Positions 9,241 through 17,251 of a stretch of 47,985 nucleotides of DNA are shown one piece after another (within the stretch, counting starts at the first letter, position 1; the number at the start of each line of letters is the position of its first letter). A model generated the notes under the pieces. That model saw only the letters and a program-made list of their open reading frames with translations, was not told the DNA's origin and did no database searches. This DNA is from Candidatus Omnitrophota bacterium (lineage in GTDB: Bacteria > Ratteibacteria > UBA8468 > MWAK01). Position numbers and translations under genes: made by a program. Location: NCBI GenBank assembly GCA_026387085.1, contig JAPLMK010000093.1, positions 1-47,985 on the forward strand, in the 5' to 3' direction.

Positions 9241-9452
9241 AGAAGGAAAATAAGTTAAAGGTTGAAGGCGTTGTTTTAATGGCTTTACCGAATGCTAACT
9301 TTAAGGTGAAATTAAAAAACGGGCATGAAATTCTAGCGCACGTCAGCGGTAAGATGCGAATGCACTATATCAAAATTTTACCGAGTGATAAAGTGATTAT
9401 GGAAATCAGCCCGTATGATTTAACGAAAGGCAGAATTATTCAACGGCAGTAA
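9237..9452 (+). CDS. infA: Translation initiation factor IF-1
   Basis: 71 aa with V.G.V...LPNA.FKV.L.NGH...AH.SGKMR...I.ILP.D.V..E.SPYDL.KGRI. Confidence 0.94.
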   Translation: MKKENKLKVEGVVLMALPNANFKVKLKNGHEILAHVSGKMRMHYIKILPSDKVIMEISPYDLTKGRIIQRQ

Positions 9453-9460
9453 AAACACAT

Positions 9461-9586
9461 ATGAAAGTACGAGCCTCGGTGAAAAAGATTTGTCCCCAGT
9501 GCCAGATTATTCGGCGGGGAGGGAAGGTCCGGGTTATTTGTAAAAATCCCCGGAAGGGACCAAAACACAAACAGGTGCAGGGGTAG
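9461..9586 (+). CDS. rpmJ: 50S ribosomal protein L36 (41 aa, not in the ORF track)
   Basis: Hand translation: [41 protein letters not shown]. Cys11/Cys14/Cys27/His36, with about 3 extra residues between the last Cys and His compared with the usual form. Confidence 0.9.
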   Translation: MKVRASVKKICPQCQIIRRGGKVRVICKNPRKGPKHKQVQG

Positions 9587-9605
9587 TTTGTAACTTAAAA
9601 ATATT

Positions 9606-10025
9606 ATGGCCAGAATAATCGGTGTGGAGATTCCAAACGCTAAAAGGGTAGAGGCCGGGCTCACCTATATTTACGGTATCGGTGTGAATTTAGCCCGCCG
9701 TTTATTGAAAGAAACTAACATTGATGCGGATATCCGGGTAAAGGACCTTACGGAAGACCACATTAACCGCCTGACGATGGCGATTCAGAAAAGTTACCGG
9801 GTTGAAGGTGATTTGCGTCGCGAAGAAACGGCTAATACGAAACGGCTGATTGAAATCGGCTGTTATCGCGGAATCCGGCACAAGCGCGGTTTACCTGTCC
9901 GGGGACAGAGGACGCACACCAACGCCCGAACCCGCAAGGGTCCCCGAAAGACGGTTTCAACCATCCGCAGCAAGGAGAAGCGGAGTGATGCAAAGTCCAA
10001 GGGACCGGAAACCAAGAAGAAATAG
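9606..10025 (+). CDS. rpsM: 30S ribosomal protein S13 (basic C-terminal extension)
   Basis: MARI.GV.IP..K.V...LTYIYGIG N-terminus and [20 protein letters not shown]. Confidence 0.94.
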   Translation: MARIIGVEIPNAKRVEAGLTYIYGIGVNLARRLLKETNIDADIRVKDLTEDHINRLTMAIQKSYRVEGDLRREETANTKRLIEIGCYRGIRHKRGLPVRGQRTHTNARTRKGPRKTVSTIRSKEKRSDAKSKGPETKKK

Positions 10026-10040
10026 AGAGGGCAAAAGCGC

Positions 10041-10427
10041 ATGGGTAAAAAGTACGAAAAGAAAAAGAAAAAGAGCACCGCTCCTTCCGGGGGTATTGCC
10101 CACGTGAAGGCGACGTTTAACAATACTTTTGTCACCATAACGGACGACAAAGGCAATGTTCTGGTTCAGGCAAGCAGCGGCCAGGTTGGTTTTAAGGGGA
10201 CCCGCAAGGGTACGCCGTACGCTGCCGGACTGGTTGCCCGGGAAGTGGCGCGCCGCGCCCAGGACCTGGGAGTCAGGGAAGTGGAAGTGCGGGTAAAAGG
10301 ACCGGGTCCGGGTCGGGAAACGGCTATCCGTTCCCTTCAGTCAGCCGGGCTGATGGTAACCCAGATTCACGACATGTCTCCGATTCCCCATAACGGCTGT
10401 CGGCCGCCTAAAGAGCGCCGGGTCTAA
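10041..10427 (+). CDS. rpsK: 30S ribosomal protein S11
   Basis: G.AH..ATFNNT.VTITD..GN and [15 protein letters not shown] motifs. Confidence 0.94.
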   Translation: MGKKYEKKKKKSTAPSGGIAHVKATFNNTFVTITDDKGNVLVQASSGQVGFKGTRKGTPYAAGLVAREVARRAQDLGVREVEVRVKGPGPGRETAIRSLQSAGLMVTQIHDMSPIPHNGCRPPKERRV

Positions 10428-10501
10428 GAAAAGCATACGGTAGACAGTAGACGAGTATACAGGGGAACAGAAAAACAGTAAGGAAGCATACAGGGAAAAC
10501 T

Positions 10502-11128
10502 ATGAAGACAAGAGCACCGGTGTGTAAGATTTGTCGTCGCGAAGATACGAAATTATTTTTAAAAGGGCAACGATGCTTAACGGCGAAATGCGCTATCGAT
10601 AAAGGAAGACCGGCGCCCTCCGGAAACAGTAGATTTTCCAGTCCGAACTCCACCTATCGCCTCCAATTAAGGGAAAAGGAAAAGGTTCGTTCTTTCTACG
10701 GTGTTCTGGAGAGACAATTTCGGCGTTATTTTGCTATGGCTCAGAAAAGCGGTCAGGCCCCCGGAGAAAAATTACTTATTTTTCTGGAACGGCGGCTCGA
10801 TAACGCTTTGGTTGTTTCCGGCCTGTTACCATCCAGACGCGCTGCCCGGCAGTTGGTTGGCAGCGGTCACATTAAGGTGAACGGACGCCGCATGAGCATA
10901 CCATCTTATCTGGTTGCTAACGGAGATGAAGTGGAATTCCGGCCCGCTTCCCGGGTTTTACCGAAAATGAAAGAAATGATTTTGGCCGGCGGTGTGGTAA
11001 AACAGTGCCCGGCCTGGTTGAATTTGGATAAGGAAGCGGTTAAAATTAAAGTTCTGCGGGAACCCTCCCGGAGTGAAGTTTCTGTCCTGGTGGAAGAGGG
11101 TCACATCGTCAACCTTTACTCGCGGTAG
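10502..11128 (+). CDS. rpsD: 30S ribosomal protein S4 (zinc-finger form)
   Basis: CKICRRE..KLFLKG.RC...KC N-terminus, YG.LE.QFR.Y and an S4 domain RLD......G...SR..ARQLV.HGHI.VNG. Confidence 0.93.
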   Translation: MKTRAPVCKICRREDTKLFLKGQRCLTAKCAIDKGRPAPSGNSRFSSPNSTYRLQLREKEKVRSFYGVLERQFRRYFAMAQKSGQAPGEKLLIFLERRLDNALVVSGLLPSRRAARQLVGSGHIKVNGRRMSIPSYLVANGDEVEFRPASRVLPKMKEMILAGGVVKQCPAWLNLDKEAVKIKVLREPSRSEVSVLVEEGHIVNLYSR

Positions 11129-11209
11129 AAAAAATGTAGTGCGGCCCCCGCTGTGCCAAAAACTGGCTTCGCGGATAAACTTGACGGGTCGCCCCAATTG
11201 AGGCTAATT

Positions 11210-12025
11210 ATGGAGCAATTTAAATATCCGACAAAGATTGACTGGGAACAGGATACATACCGGGAGACCTACGGCAAGGCCGTTGTAGCTCCGCTGGAAC
11301 GTGGTTTTGCCATTACGGTTGGAAATTGCCTGCGCCGCGTTCTGCTTTCGGCAATTCCCGGCGTAGCGATTACCAGCGTTAAGATTGATGGTGTTGCCCA
11401 TGAATTTTCGACAATTCCCGGCGTAAAAGAAGATGTCACCGATATTGTTTTGAACCTGAAACAGGTAAATCTTAAGGCCAACATTACCGGTCTTCCTAAG
11501 AAATTTTCCGTGATGATCGAAAAAAAGACAGAACTTCTGGCCGGTGATTTGTTTGCCGATGCGGAAATTAGCGTTGAGAATATCGCCACCCTGTCCGAAG
11601 GCGCTAAGTTGAACTTGGAGCTGACGGTCAGCCAGGGGTTTGGTTACGTGCCGGTCGGACGGATAGTCGAGGAAGGGGTGCCCATAACTACTATTCCCCT
11701 GGCGGCTTCGTTTAGTCCGATTACCCGGGTTTCCTACCGGATTGAGAATACGCGGGTGGGACAGCGGGTTGATTACGAAAGATTATTGCTGGAAGTTTGG
11801 ACAACCGGCGCGATTACGCCGAAGGATGCGGTAAAACAGGCTACCGAGATTTTGAATAAGCACCTTAACTTGATTGCCGGTGAGGAGGCCGAAGAAATAA
11901 AGGCAGTAAAAGAATCTCCGGTGAAGGATGTTGTTACGGGAAAAACCATAAGCAAGAAGATTCCTCCCGCAAAACCAAAGAAAAAATTAAAGAAAAATGA
12001 GACATCAAAGAAGAAAAAGGGTTAA
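11210..12025 (+). CDS. rpoA: DNA-directed RNA polymerase alpha subunit, N-terminal domain only, with a Lys-rich tail
   Basis: YGKAVVAPLERGFAITVGNCLRRVLLSAIPG is the alpha-NTD signature. ATG 11210 with GAGG about 7 nt upstream is preferred over 11153. No alpha-CTD motif is seen before the stop. Confidence 0.88.
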   Translation: MEQFKYPTKIDWEQDTYRETYGKAVVAPLERGFAITVGNCLRRVLLSAIPGVAITSVKIDGVAHEFSTIPGVKEDVTDIVLNLKQVNLKANITGLPKKFSVMIEKKTELLAGDLFADAEISVENIATLSEGAKLNLELTVSQGFGYVPVGRIVEEGVPITTIPLAASFSPITRVSYRIENTRVGQRVDYERLLLEVWTTGAITPKDAVKQATEILNKHLNLIAGEEAEEIKAVKESPVKDVVTGKTISKKIPPAKPKKKLKKNETSKKKKG

Positions 12026-12347
12026 TTTAAATCGCGGCCGCCGGTCCGGAGTCTTCAATTCGTTACTTAAGGGGTTGATTATTCACGGAAAAGTCAAAGC
12101 TTCTACGGCCCGTGTCAAGCAGATACAGATTGTGGCGGAAAAGATGATTACTATGGCTAAGGAAGATTCGGTGGCGAGCCGGCGCCGGATTTTTGCTTAC
12201 CTGCAAGACGAAACCATGGTGAAGAAAGTGGTGTCAGAAATCGCCCCGCGTTACCAGGGCCGCAACGGCGGCTATACTCAATTGTTTAAGCTCGGTCCCC
12301 GACAGGGCGACGGATGTGAACTTTCCCAGTTAACCTTCCTGCCATAA
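11997..12347 (+). CDS. rplQ: 50S ribosomal protein L17
   Basis: MRHQRR..... start, A...K.....AEKMITMAK and GGYT...KLGPR.GD motifs. Overlaps the rpoA tail by 29 nt. Confidence 0.92.
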   Translation: MRHQRRKRVNLNRGRRSGVFNSLLKGLIIHGKVKASTARVKQIQIVAEKMITMAKEDSVASRRRIFAYLQDETMVKKVVSEIAPRYQGRNGGYTQLFKLGPRQGDGCELSQLTFLP

Positions 12348-12423
12348 TAAAGGCGGTAAATAGTGAACGGCGAACGGTTAAGCGATTGATTACCGCCACT
12401 TTGCTGCCGATAATCGCTAAGAC

Positions 12424-13803
12424 ATGCCCAAAAGCGAAACACTTGATTTTTTAAAAGAGCATAACCAGCACCGTATTATTCAGCATTACCAGCGTCTCAG
12501 TCCGGACAAGCAGGATCTCTTTCGGAGAAATCTGGAGGGGCTGGATTTGCCGCTGGTTTTTAAACTGCACCGGGAATTTTCCGGAAAAGAAACCCCGGCA
12601 CACCTTCCCCGTGATATTCAACCGGCCCCAATCATTACCGTACCGGCAACACCATCCGAATTGTCCTTTCAGGAAAAAGCTTGCGCGCAAGGAGAAGCGC
12701 TTCTTCGTGAGAACAGGGTTGCTGTCCTTGTCGTCGCCGGCGGCCAGGGTTCCCGGCTCGGCTTTAATGGTGCCGAGGGCGCTTTTCTTGTTTCTCCGGT
12801 TAAAAAAAAATCACTCTTCCAACTATTTTCCGAGACAGTTTTAGCTTTAAATCACCGGTACCGGACGGCTATTCCCCTTCTGGTTATGACCAGCATGGAG
12901 AATGACCGGGCGGTTAAAGATTTTTTTCAGGCACATAATTTTTTTGGACTTGATTCCGGCGCGGTCCTCTTTTTTACGCAGGAGATGCTGCCTACGATTA
13001 CGGCGGACGGTAGTTTGATTTTAAAAGACGAAACCCACCTTTTTGCTCACCCCGACGGGCACGGCGGCTCCCTTAAGGCGCTTCATAAATCCGGCCTTCT
13101 TTCCGAGTTAATCCGGGGCGGTTTCTCCGAACTTTTTTACTTCCAGGTTGATAATCCGCTGGTGAAGATAGCCGACCCGGTTTTCTTGGGATATCACCGG
13201 ATGGCGGAATCTGAATTTTCACTCAAGGTTTTACGGCGCCGCAATGCGGCCGAAAAGATCGGTCTTTATGCTCTGATAAACGGAAAACCGGGCGTAATTG
13301 AATATAGTGACCTGGTCCCGGGAAGCGAGTGCCTGTCCGAAGGGGAAGGCGCTCGTTTTTGGGCCGGAAGTATCGCCATTCATATTCTGGCCCTATCTTT
13401 TGTGGAACGTTTGAACCGGCAAGGATTCATCCTGCCCTATCATCGGGCGGTCAAGATTACGGAAGCGCCCGGCCCGGGCGGAAGAGTGGAGAAGGCAACC
13501 GTCTGGAAGTTTGAAACATTTGTTTTTGACGGGCTGTTGCTGGCCGACAGGACCTGTTGCGTGGAAACACTCCGGGCGGAAGAGTTTGCCCCGGTTAAGA
13601 ACCGGCAGGGGGAAGATTCCGCCGGTACCGCCGCCCAGGCGATTTCGGCTCGGGCCCGGCAATGGTTGGTTGAAGCCGGAAGCTCGGTGGCTTTTGATGT
13701 GCCGGTTGAAATAAGCCCGCGCTATGCCCTGGATAAAGAGGAACTTGCCGTAAAGCTGAAAGGGAAGTTGATGGCAATCAAAGAAGGCGCTTATCTGGAA
13801 TAA
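12424..13803 (+). CDS. UDP-sugar / UDP-N-acetylhexosamine pyrophosphorylase, UDPGP (UAP1-like) family
   Basis: VVAGGQGSRLGFNGAEG nucleotide-binding loop, HPDGHGG and FQVDNPL motifs typical of the UDPGP family. Confidence 0.75.
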   Translation: MPKSETLDFLKEHNQHRIIQHYQRLSPDKQDLFRRNLEGLDLPLVFKLHREFSGKETPAHLPRDIQPAPIITVPATPSELSFQEKACAQGEALLRENRVAVLVVAGGQGSRLGFNGAEGAFLVSPVKKKSLFQLFSETVLALNHRYRTAIPLLVMTSMENDRAVKDFFQAHNFFGLDSGAVLFFTQEMLPTITADGSLILKDETHLFAHPDGHGGSLKALHKSGLLSELIRGGFSELFYFQVDNPLVKIADPVFLGYHRMAESEFSLKVLRRRNAAEKIGLYALINGKPGVIEYSDLVPGSECLSEGEGARFWAGSIAIHILALSFVERLNRQGFILPYHRAVKITEAPGPGGRVEKATVWKFETFVFDGLLLADRTCCVETLRAEEFAPVKNRQGEDSAGTAAQAISARARQWLVEAGSSVAFDVPVEISPRYALDKEELAVKLKGKLMAIKEGAYLE

Positions 13804-13820
13804 GCAGTTCTGGTTTTGTT

Positions 13821-13850
13821 TTGACTTAAACTCTCTATTTTTAGTAAAAT
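13821..13850 (+). promoter_or_regulatory. Candidate sigma70-type promoter for the tolQ-like operon
   Basis: TTGACT (13821-13826), 18-nt spacer, TAAAAT (13845-13850), 47 nt before the ATG at 13898. Confidence 0.4.
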
Positions 13851-13897
13851 AATAACGGCACGCAATGGTTTTGTATTTAACCGGAGAGAAATAAAAA

Positions 13898-14506
13898 ATG
13901 GATATCAGATGGCTCTTATCATTCAAGATGACCGGTTGGTTTTGCGGCGGCGTAATTGCTGTTTTGGCCGTGTTGTCCATCCTTTCCTGGTCGCTTATTT
14001 TTCAGAAAATGGCTGCTTTTCGTCGGGCGCGCCGCGCCAATTCCCGTTTCCGTTTAATGTCTGATACGGAAATATCAGAAAAGTACGCCGGTTTTTTTGT
14101 TCATTCCTGTCTTTACCTGATTTCCTGGAAGGTAAATCAGTTTCCGGTCATCGATGGAAGTAATATTGTGAAATTAGAAGAGGAACTCAAGATTGAATTA
14201 AACGAATATTTTGAGAAGTTAAGCAGCGGGCTTCCCATTCTTGGCAGTATTACCAGCGTGGCTCCTTTTGTCGGTTTGCTGGGCACGGTTTGGGGTATTA
14301 TGGTTATTTTTGCGCGGTTGCACGGTCAGGTGGCCGGTGTTTCGGAGATGGTGGCTCCGGGCGTGGCTCAGGCGCTTATTGCCACCGTAGCCGGTTTGAT
14401 AACAGCCATCCCGGCGCTTTTTTTCTATAATTATTTTACGATGATTTTGCGGAGTCTTTCCAGCGAAGCGGATACTTACGCCAGCCGTCTTATTTCCCGG
14501 AAATGA
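13898..14506 (+). CDS. MotA/TolQ/ExbB-family proton channel protein
   Basis: 3 TM helices. The C-terminal LGTVWGIM.IF......G........GVAQALIATVAGL..AIPA..FYNYF motif is typical of TolQ/ExbB. Confidence 0.88.
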   Translation: MDIRWLLSFKMTGWFCGGVIAVLAVLSILSWSLIFQKMAAFRRARRANSRFRLMSDTEISEKYAGFFVHSCLYLISWKVNQFPVIDGSNIVKLEEELKIELNEYFEKLSSGLPILGSITSVAPFVGLLGTVWGIMVIFARLHGQVAGVSEMVAPGVAQALIATVAGLITAIPALFFYNYFTMILRSLSSEADTYASRLISRK

Positions 14507-14946
14507 ATAAAAGGGTAAAATTTACGCCGCCGCTACTGGACCAGATCAACATCACCCCGATGTTGGATACCATTCTGGTTCTGCTCGCCGTTTTTGTTAT
14601 TATCTCCCCGTTGGTTGGGCCGGGAATTCCGGTCAAGCTTCCCACTGCCGCCGGGGAAAAACTTTCGGTTACCGCAACCATTCTCTTGACGTTAAACAAG
14701 CAGGGTGAAGTATTTTTGAGCGGCCGGCAGGCAAACCCGATATTCCTTTCCGTTGACCTTCAGAACTTGAAAAAAGTAAATCCGGATTTAAAGGTTATCA
14801 TCCAGGCGGATAAGGAAGTTCGTTATGAAGCCGTGGTTTCCCTGCTGGATATTGTGCGCCAGGCAGGAATTTCTTCGGTGGGTCTGGCTACCGCTTCAAA
14901 CGCCGCGGAAGATGCAGAATTGAAAACAGTGAATAAGAAACGGTAA
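14503..14946 (+). CDS. TolR/ExbD-family biopolymer transport protein
   Basis: INITPMLDT.LVLL.VF N-terminal TM signature and V.I.ADK.V.Y..VV.LLD motif. ATGA overlap with the upstream gene. Confidence 0.88.
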   Translation: MNKRVKFTPPLLDQINITPMLDTILVLLAVFVIISPLVGPGIPVKLPTAAGEKLSVTATILLTLNKQGEVFLSGRQANPIFLSVDLQNLKKVNPDLKVIIQADKEVRYEAVVSLLDIVRQAGISSVGLATASNAAEDAELKTVNKKR

Positions 14947-14953
14947 ATAGCGG

Positions 14954-15721
14954 CTGGTACTTTCCTTATTCCTTCACCTGCTTTTTGCCGCCCTCCTTTT
15001 CTTCTTGGCGGCTTCACCCGGGAAAGCTTTGCCTCCGGGGAGAATTGACCAGGTTTTTCTGGTAGCTTCAGCGCCGGCGGTTCCGGTCTATCCCGGGAAT
15101 ATTTCTGAGAGCCAACCCCAAGCGGTGCCGGTATCCTCTGCTGGTGCGATTAATGAAATTCCGAAAATCGGTCCGGAGCAGGTTAAGGAAGTAACGCCGG
15201 TAAAACCGGCGGCAAGTCTGGCTGAAAAATTAGCAACGCGGCTGACCGGAGCGACATCCGAGGATTGGAATCACAAGACATCAAGCCGGAATGGAGGGTC
15301 CCGGGAAAAACCCGGAACCGCGTCCGAAGCAGGAATTCCCGCAAAGGAAGGAGTGCCGGCCGCTCAGACGCAAGGTTCTCCGGGCCAGGCTTCGGTGTCA
15401 ACCGGGGAAGGTATAACCCGGGTGGAGTCGGAGTCGGGTTTTGCGGATGCGTGGTATCTGACTCTCCTTTCCCGGCGGCTTACGGAAAGATGGAATCCGG
15501 CGCGCGAAGGGATTGCGGTGGTGTTGAGGGAGGTTACCGTATCTTTTACGATAACCCGTGACGGCCGGATAAGAGACGTAGGTCTTGCCCGCGCTTCCGG
15601 TAATCCAAGGTTTGACCGCTCCGGATTGACGGCAGTGGTTGAAAGTGATTTTTTACCGCCGTTGCCGGCAAGTTGGGGGAAGAAAGAACTGCAGGTTTCT
15701 GTTCGCTTCCGTGAGAAGTAG
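14954..15721 (+). CDS. TonB/TolA-like energy transducer (start codon uncertain)
   Basis: C-terminal TonB_C-like domain (VTVSFTITRDGRIRDV...SGNPRFD...AV) after a Pro/Ala/Ser-rich linker. The ORF-track TTG at 15005 removes the only TM helix (LSLFLHLLFAALLFFLA, S-x3-H), which is encoded in frame from 14951. CTG 14954 is the only near-cognate start. Confidence 0.6.
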   Translation: MVLSLFLHLLFAALLFFLAASPGKALPPGRIDQVFLVASAPAVPVYPGNISESQPQAVPVSSAGAINEIPKIGPEQVKEVTPVKPAASLAEKLATRLTGATSEDWNHKTSSRNGGSREKPGTASEAGIPAKEGVPAAQTQGSPGQASVSTGEGITRVESESGFADAWYLTLLSRRLTERWNPAREGIAVVLREVTVSFTITRDGRIRDVGLARASGNPRFDRSGLTAVVESDFLPPLPASWGKKELQVSVRFREK

Positions 15722-15730
15722 AAAAGTTTG

Positions 15731-16115
15731 TTGGGACGCAGGTATCCACAGAAACTTCCGGAAAATGCTAAACGAATACCACGGAGACACAGAAATCAGG
15801 AAACACGGAATAATTGCGTATTTAAAGTTAAAGATTTAGTATCTTATTGGCGATAAATAGCATCATTCTTGCAATTTCCTCTCCCCAGCGGGGAGAGGGC
15901 AAGGGTGAGGGGGGAATTGAAAATTAAGAAACCCCCTCATCCTCTACCTTCTCCCCCAAGGGAGAAGGGAAAAACTTTACGGAAATACTAAATTTACCTA
16001 TTTTTGGCTAATGAGATATAAGATGTAGTGAATTGCACTTTTCCGTGATTCGGTTTTTTCCGTGGTTCCGTGGTCAGGTTTCTTGAATATGTATCTGCGG
16101 TAATCTGCGTCCCAA
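15731..16115. repeat. 385-bp composite inverted repeat: two head-to-head copies of a modular element of about 190 nt
   Basis: Perfect 11-nt termini, ttgggacgcag (15731-15741) and ctgcgtcccaa (16105-16115). Collinear inner modules: ACCACGGA...CACGGAA (15778-15810 vs 16040-16075 on the opposite strand), atttagtat, and CCTCTCCCC-loop-GGGGAGAGG...GTGAGGGG (15878-15914 vs 15932-15969 on the opposite strand). Confidence 0.8.
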
Positions 16116-16122
16116 TAGCGTT

Positions 16123-17097
16123 TTATCTTGCGTTCTTAACACACCGGAATCCCAGATTTGGCGAGGGCATCGTCCCCTTGAATTGCGCGAAAGAGGAAAG
16201 GCCCTCTGCGCCGTCTTCGAAAGAGCCGCCTTTTACCACCTTCCACCGCTGGCTGCCGGAACTGTAAGGAGTAGATGTCCATTCCCGGACGTTTCCGGCC
16301 AGGTCAAATACGCCAAAAGGGCTGCGGTCGTAGGGGAAGCTTCCTACCGACGCCGTGCTTCCTTTACCCTGGTTACCGTTGGCGGAATTCGGATTATAAT
16401 CATTTCCCCAGGGGAACATAAATCCTTCGTTGCCCCGGTTGGCTCGTTCCCATTCTTCTTTGGTCGGCAATCTTTTTTCCACCCATTTAGCATAATCTTC
16501 CGCATCCTGGTAAGAGACGTTGACAACCGGGTGGTCGGCTAAATCAGTAGGGTAGTTTCCGTTTTGCCAGATGTTGTATTTCAGACCCCGGGGGTCAGCC
16601 GGGGGCTTGTGCCCGGTTGCCCGGACAAAATCAGCATATTGTTGATTGGTAACTTCATGGATATCGATGGAAAAAGCAGAAACGTTGACTTTAACCGGCG
16701 TTCCGTTTTCATTCCAGCCCGCGATGTAATCTCCGGCCGGCACCAGAACCATATTTGCCGCGAAAGTTGAAGCCGGTGTTCCGCTTTGAGGCGTTCCGCC
16801 GGAAGACGCGGAACCGCCGCCGCTGATACCCGGTAATGCCAGCCCCGGGCTCGGACGCGGATAGGAAAGCCCGCCTTCTTCATTATTGCTGTTGGAAGTG
16901 GCAGAAACCCGGCCTAACCCCTGCGTTTTTTTGGCGATGTTCCTGGCAATCATTATGATGCCGATGATAACGGCCAGGAAGATTACGATTAAAAAGAAGG
17001 ATGTAATTGCGCGGGACACGGCGTTCTGTTTTTCTGAAGGGACCGCTATTTTTGTAACTTCGGCCGCGTCTTCTTCCGAAAGCAGGATGTGTGGCAT
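16123..17097 (-). CDS. Membrane-anchored FGE-sulfatase (SUMF1) domain protein
   Basis: N-terminal TM helix and Gly/Ser-rich linker. M.LVPAG....G, HEVTN.QY..FV.ATGH, HPVVNVS..DA..YAKW...RLPTE.EWE.A, WGN, D.AGNV.EW and GGS motifs are typical of PF03781. Confidence 0.8.
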   Translation of the reverse strand: MPHILLSEEDAAEVTKIAVPSEKQNAVSRAITSFFLIVIFLAVIIGIIMIARNIAKKTQGLGRVSATSNSNNEEGGLSYPRPSPGLALPGISGGGSASSGGTPQSGTPASTFAANMVLVPAGDYIAGWNENGTPVKVNVSAFSIDIHEVTNQQYADFVRATGHKPPADPRGLKYNIWQNGNYPTDLADHPVVNVSYQDAEDYAKWVEKRLPTKEEWERANRGNEGFMFPWGNDYNPNSANGNQGKGSTASVGSFPYDRSPFGVFDLAGNVREWTSTPYSSGSQRWKVVKGGSFEDGAEGLSSFAQFKGTMPSPNLGFRCVKNAR

Positions 17098-17251
17098 ATT
17101 TTTTTATTCCAATTTTTTTCGAATATTATCCTAACGATTAAAATATATTATATCTTAAAAATAAGCAAAAAGCAAAGGCAAGGGGCGTTAAGAATCGTGT
17201 GATATCAGAAATTTGATTTTCCTGCTTGTTAAATTGTAAAATAAAGCAGTT

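Noticed and set aside
10428-10501. Direct repeat aagcatac(a)gg in the rpsK-rpsD spacer as an S4 autoregulatory site
   Set aside because: Only two short imperfect words (about 9 nt) and no convincing pseudoknot or hairpin. This is indistinguishable from chance.
13393-13980. 195-aa minus-strand ORF spanning the UDPGP 3' end and the tolQ-like 5' end
   Set aside because: It crosses an intergenic promoter region and two well-supported plus-strand genes. No motifs.
17100-17251. Riboswitch or promoter calls upstream of lysS
   Set aside because: The region is AT-rich with a TTGATT-18-TAAAAT match, but the -10 box lies only 9 nt before the ATG. No L-box-like structure is seen, which is too weak to annotate.
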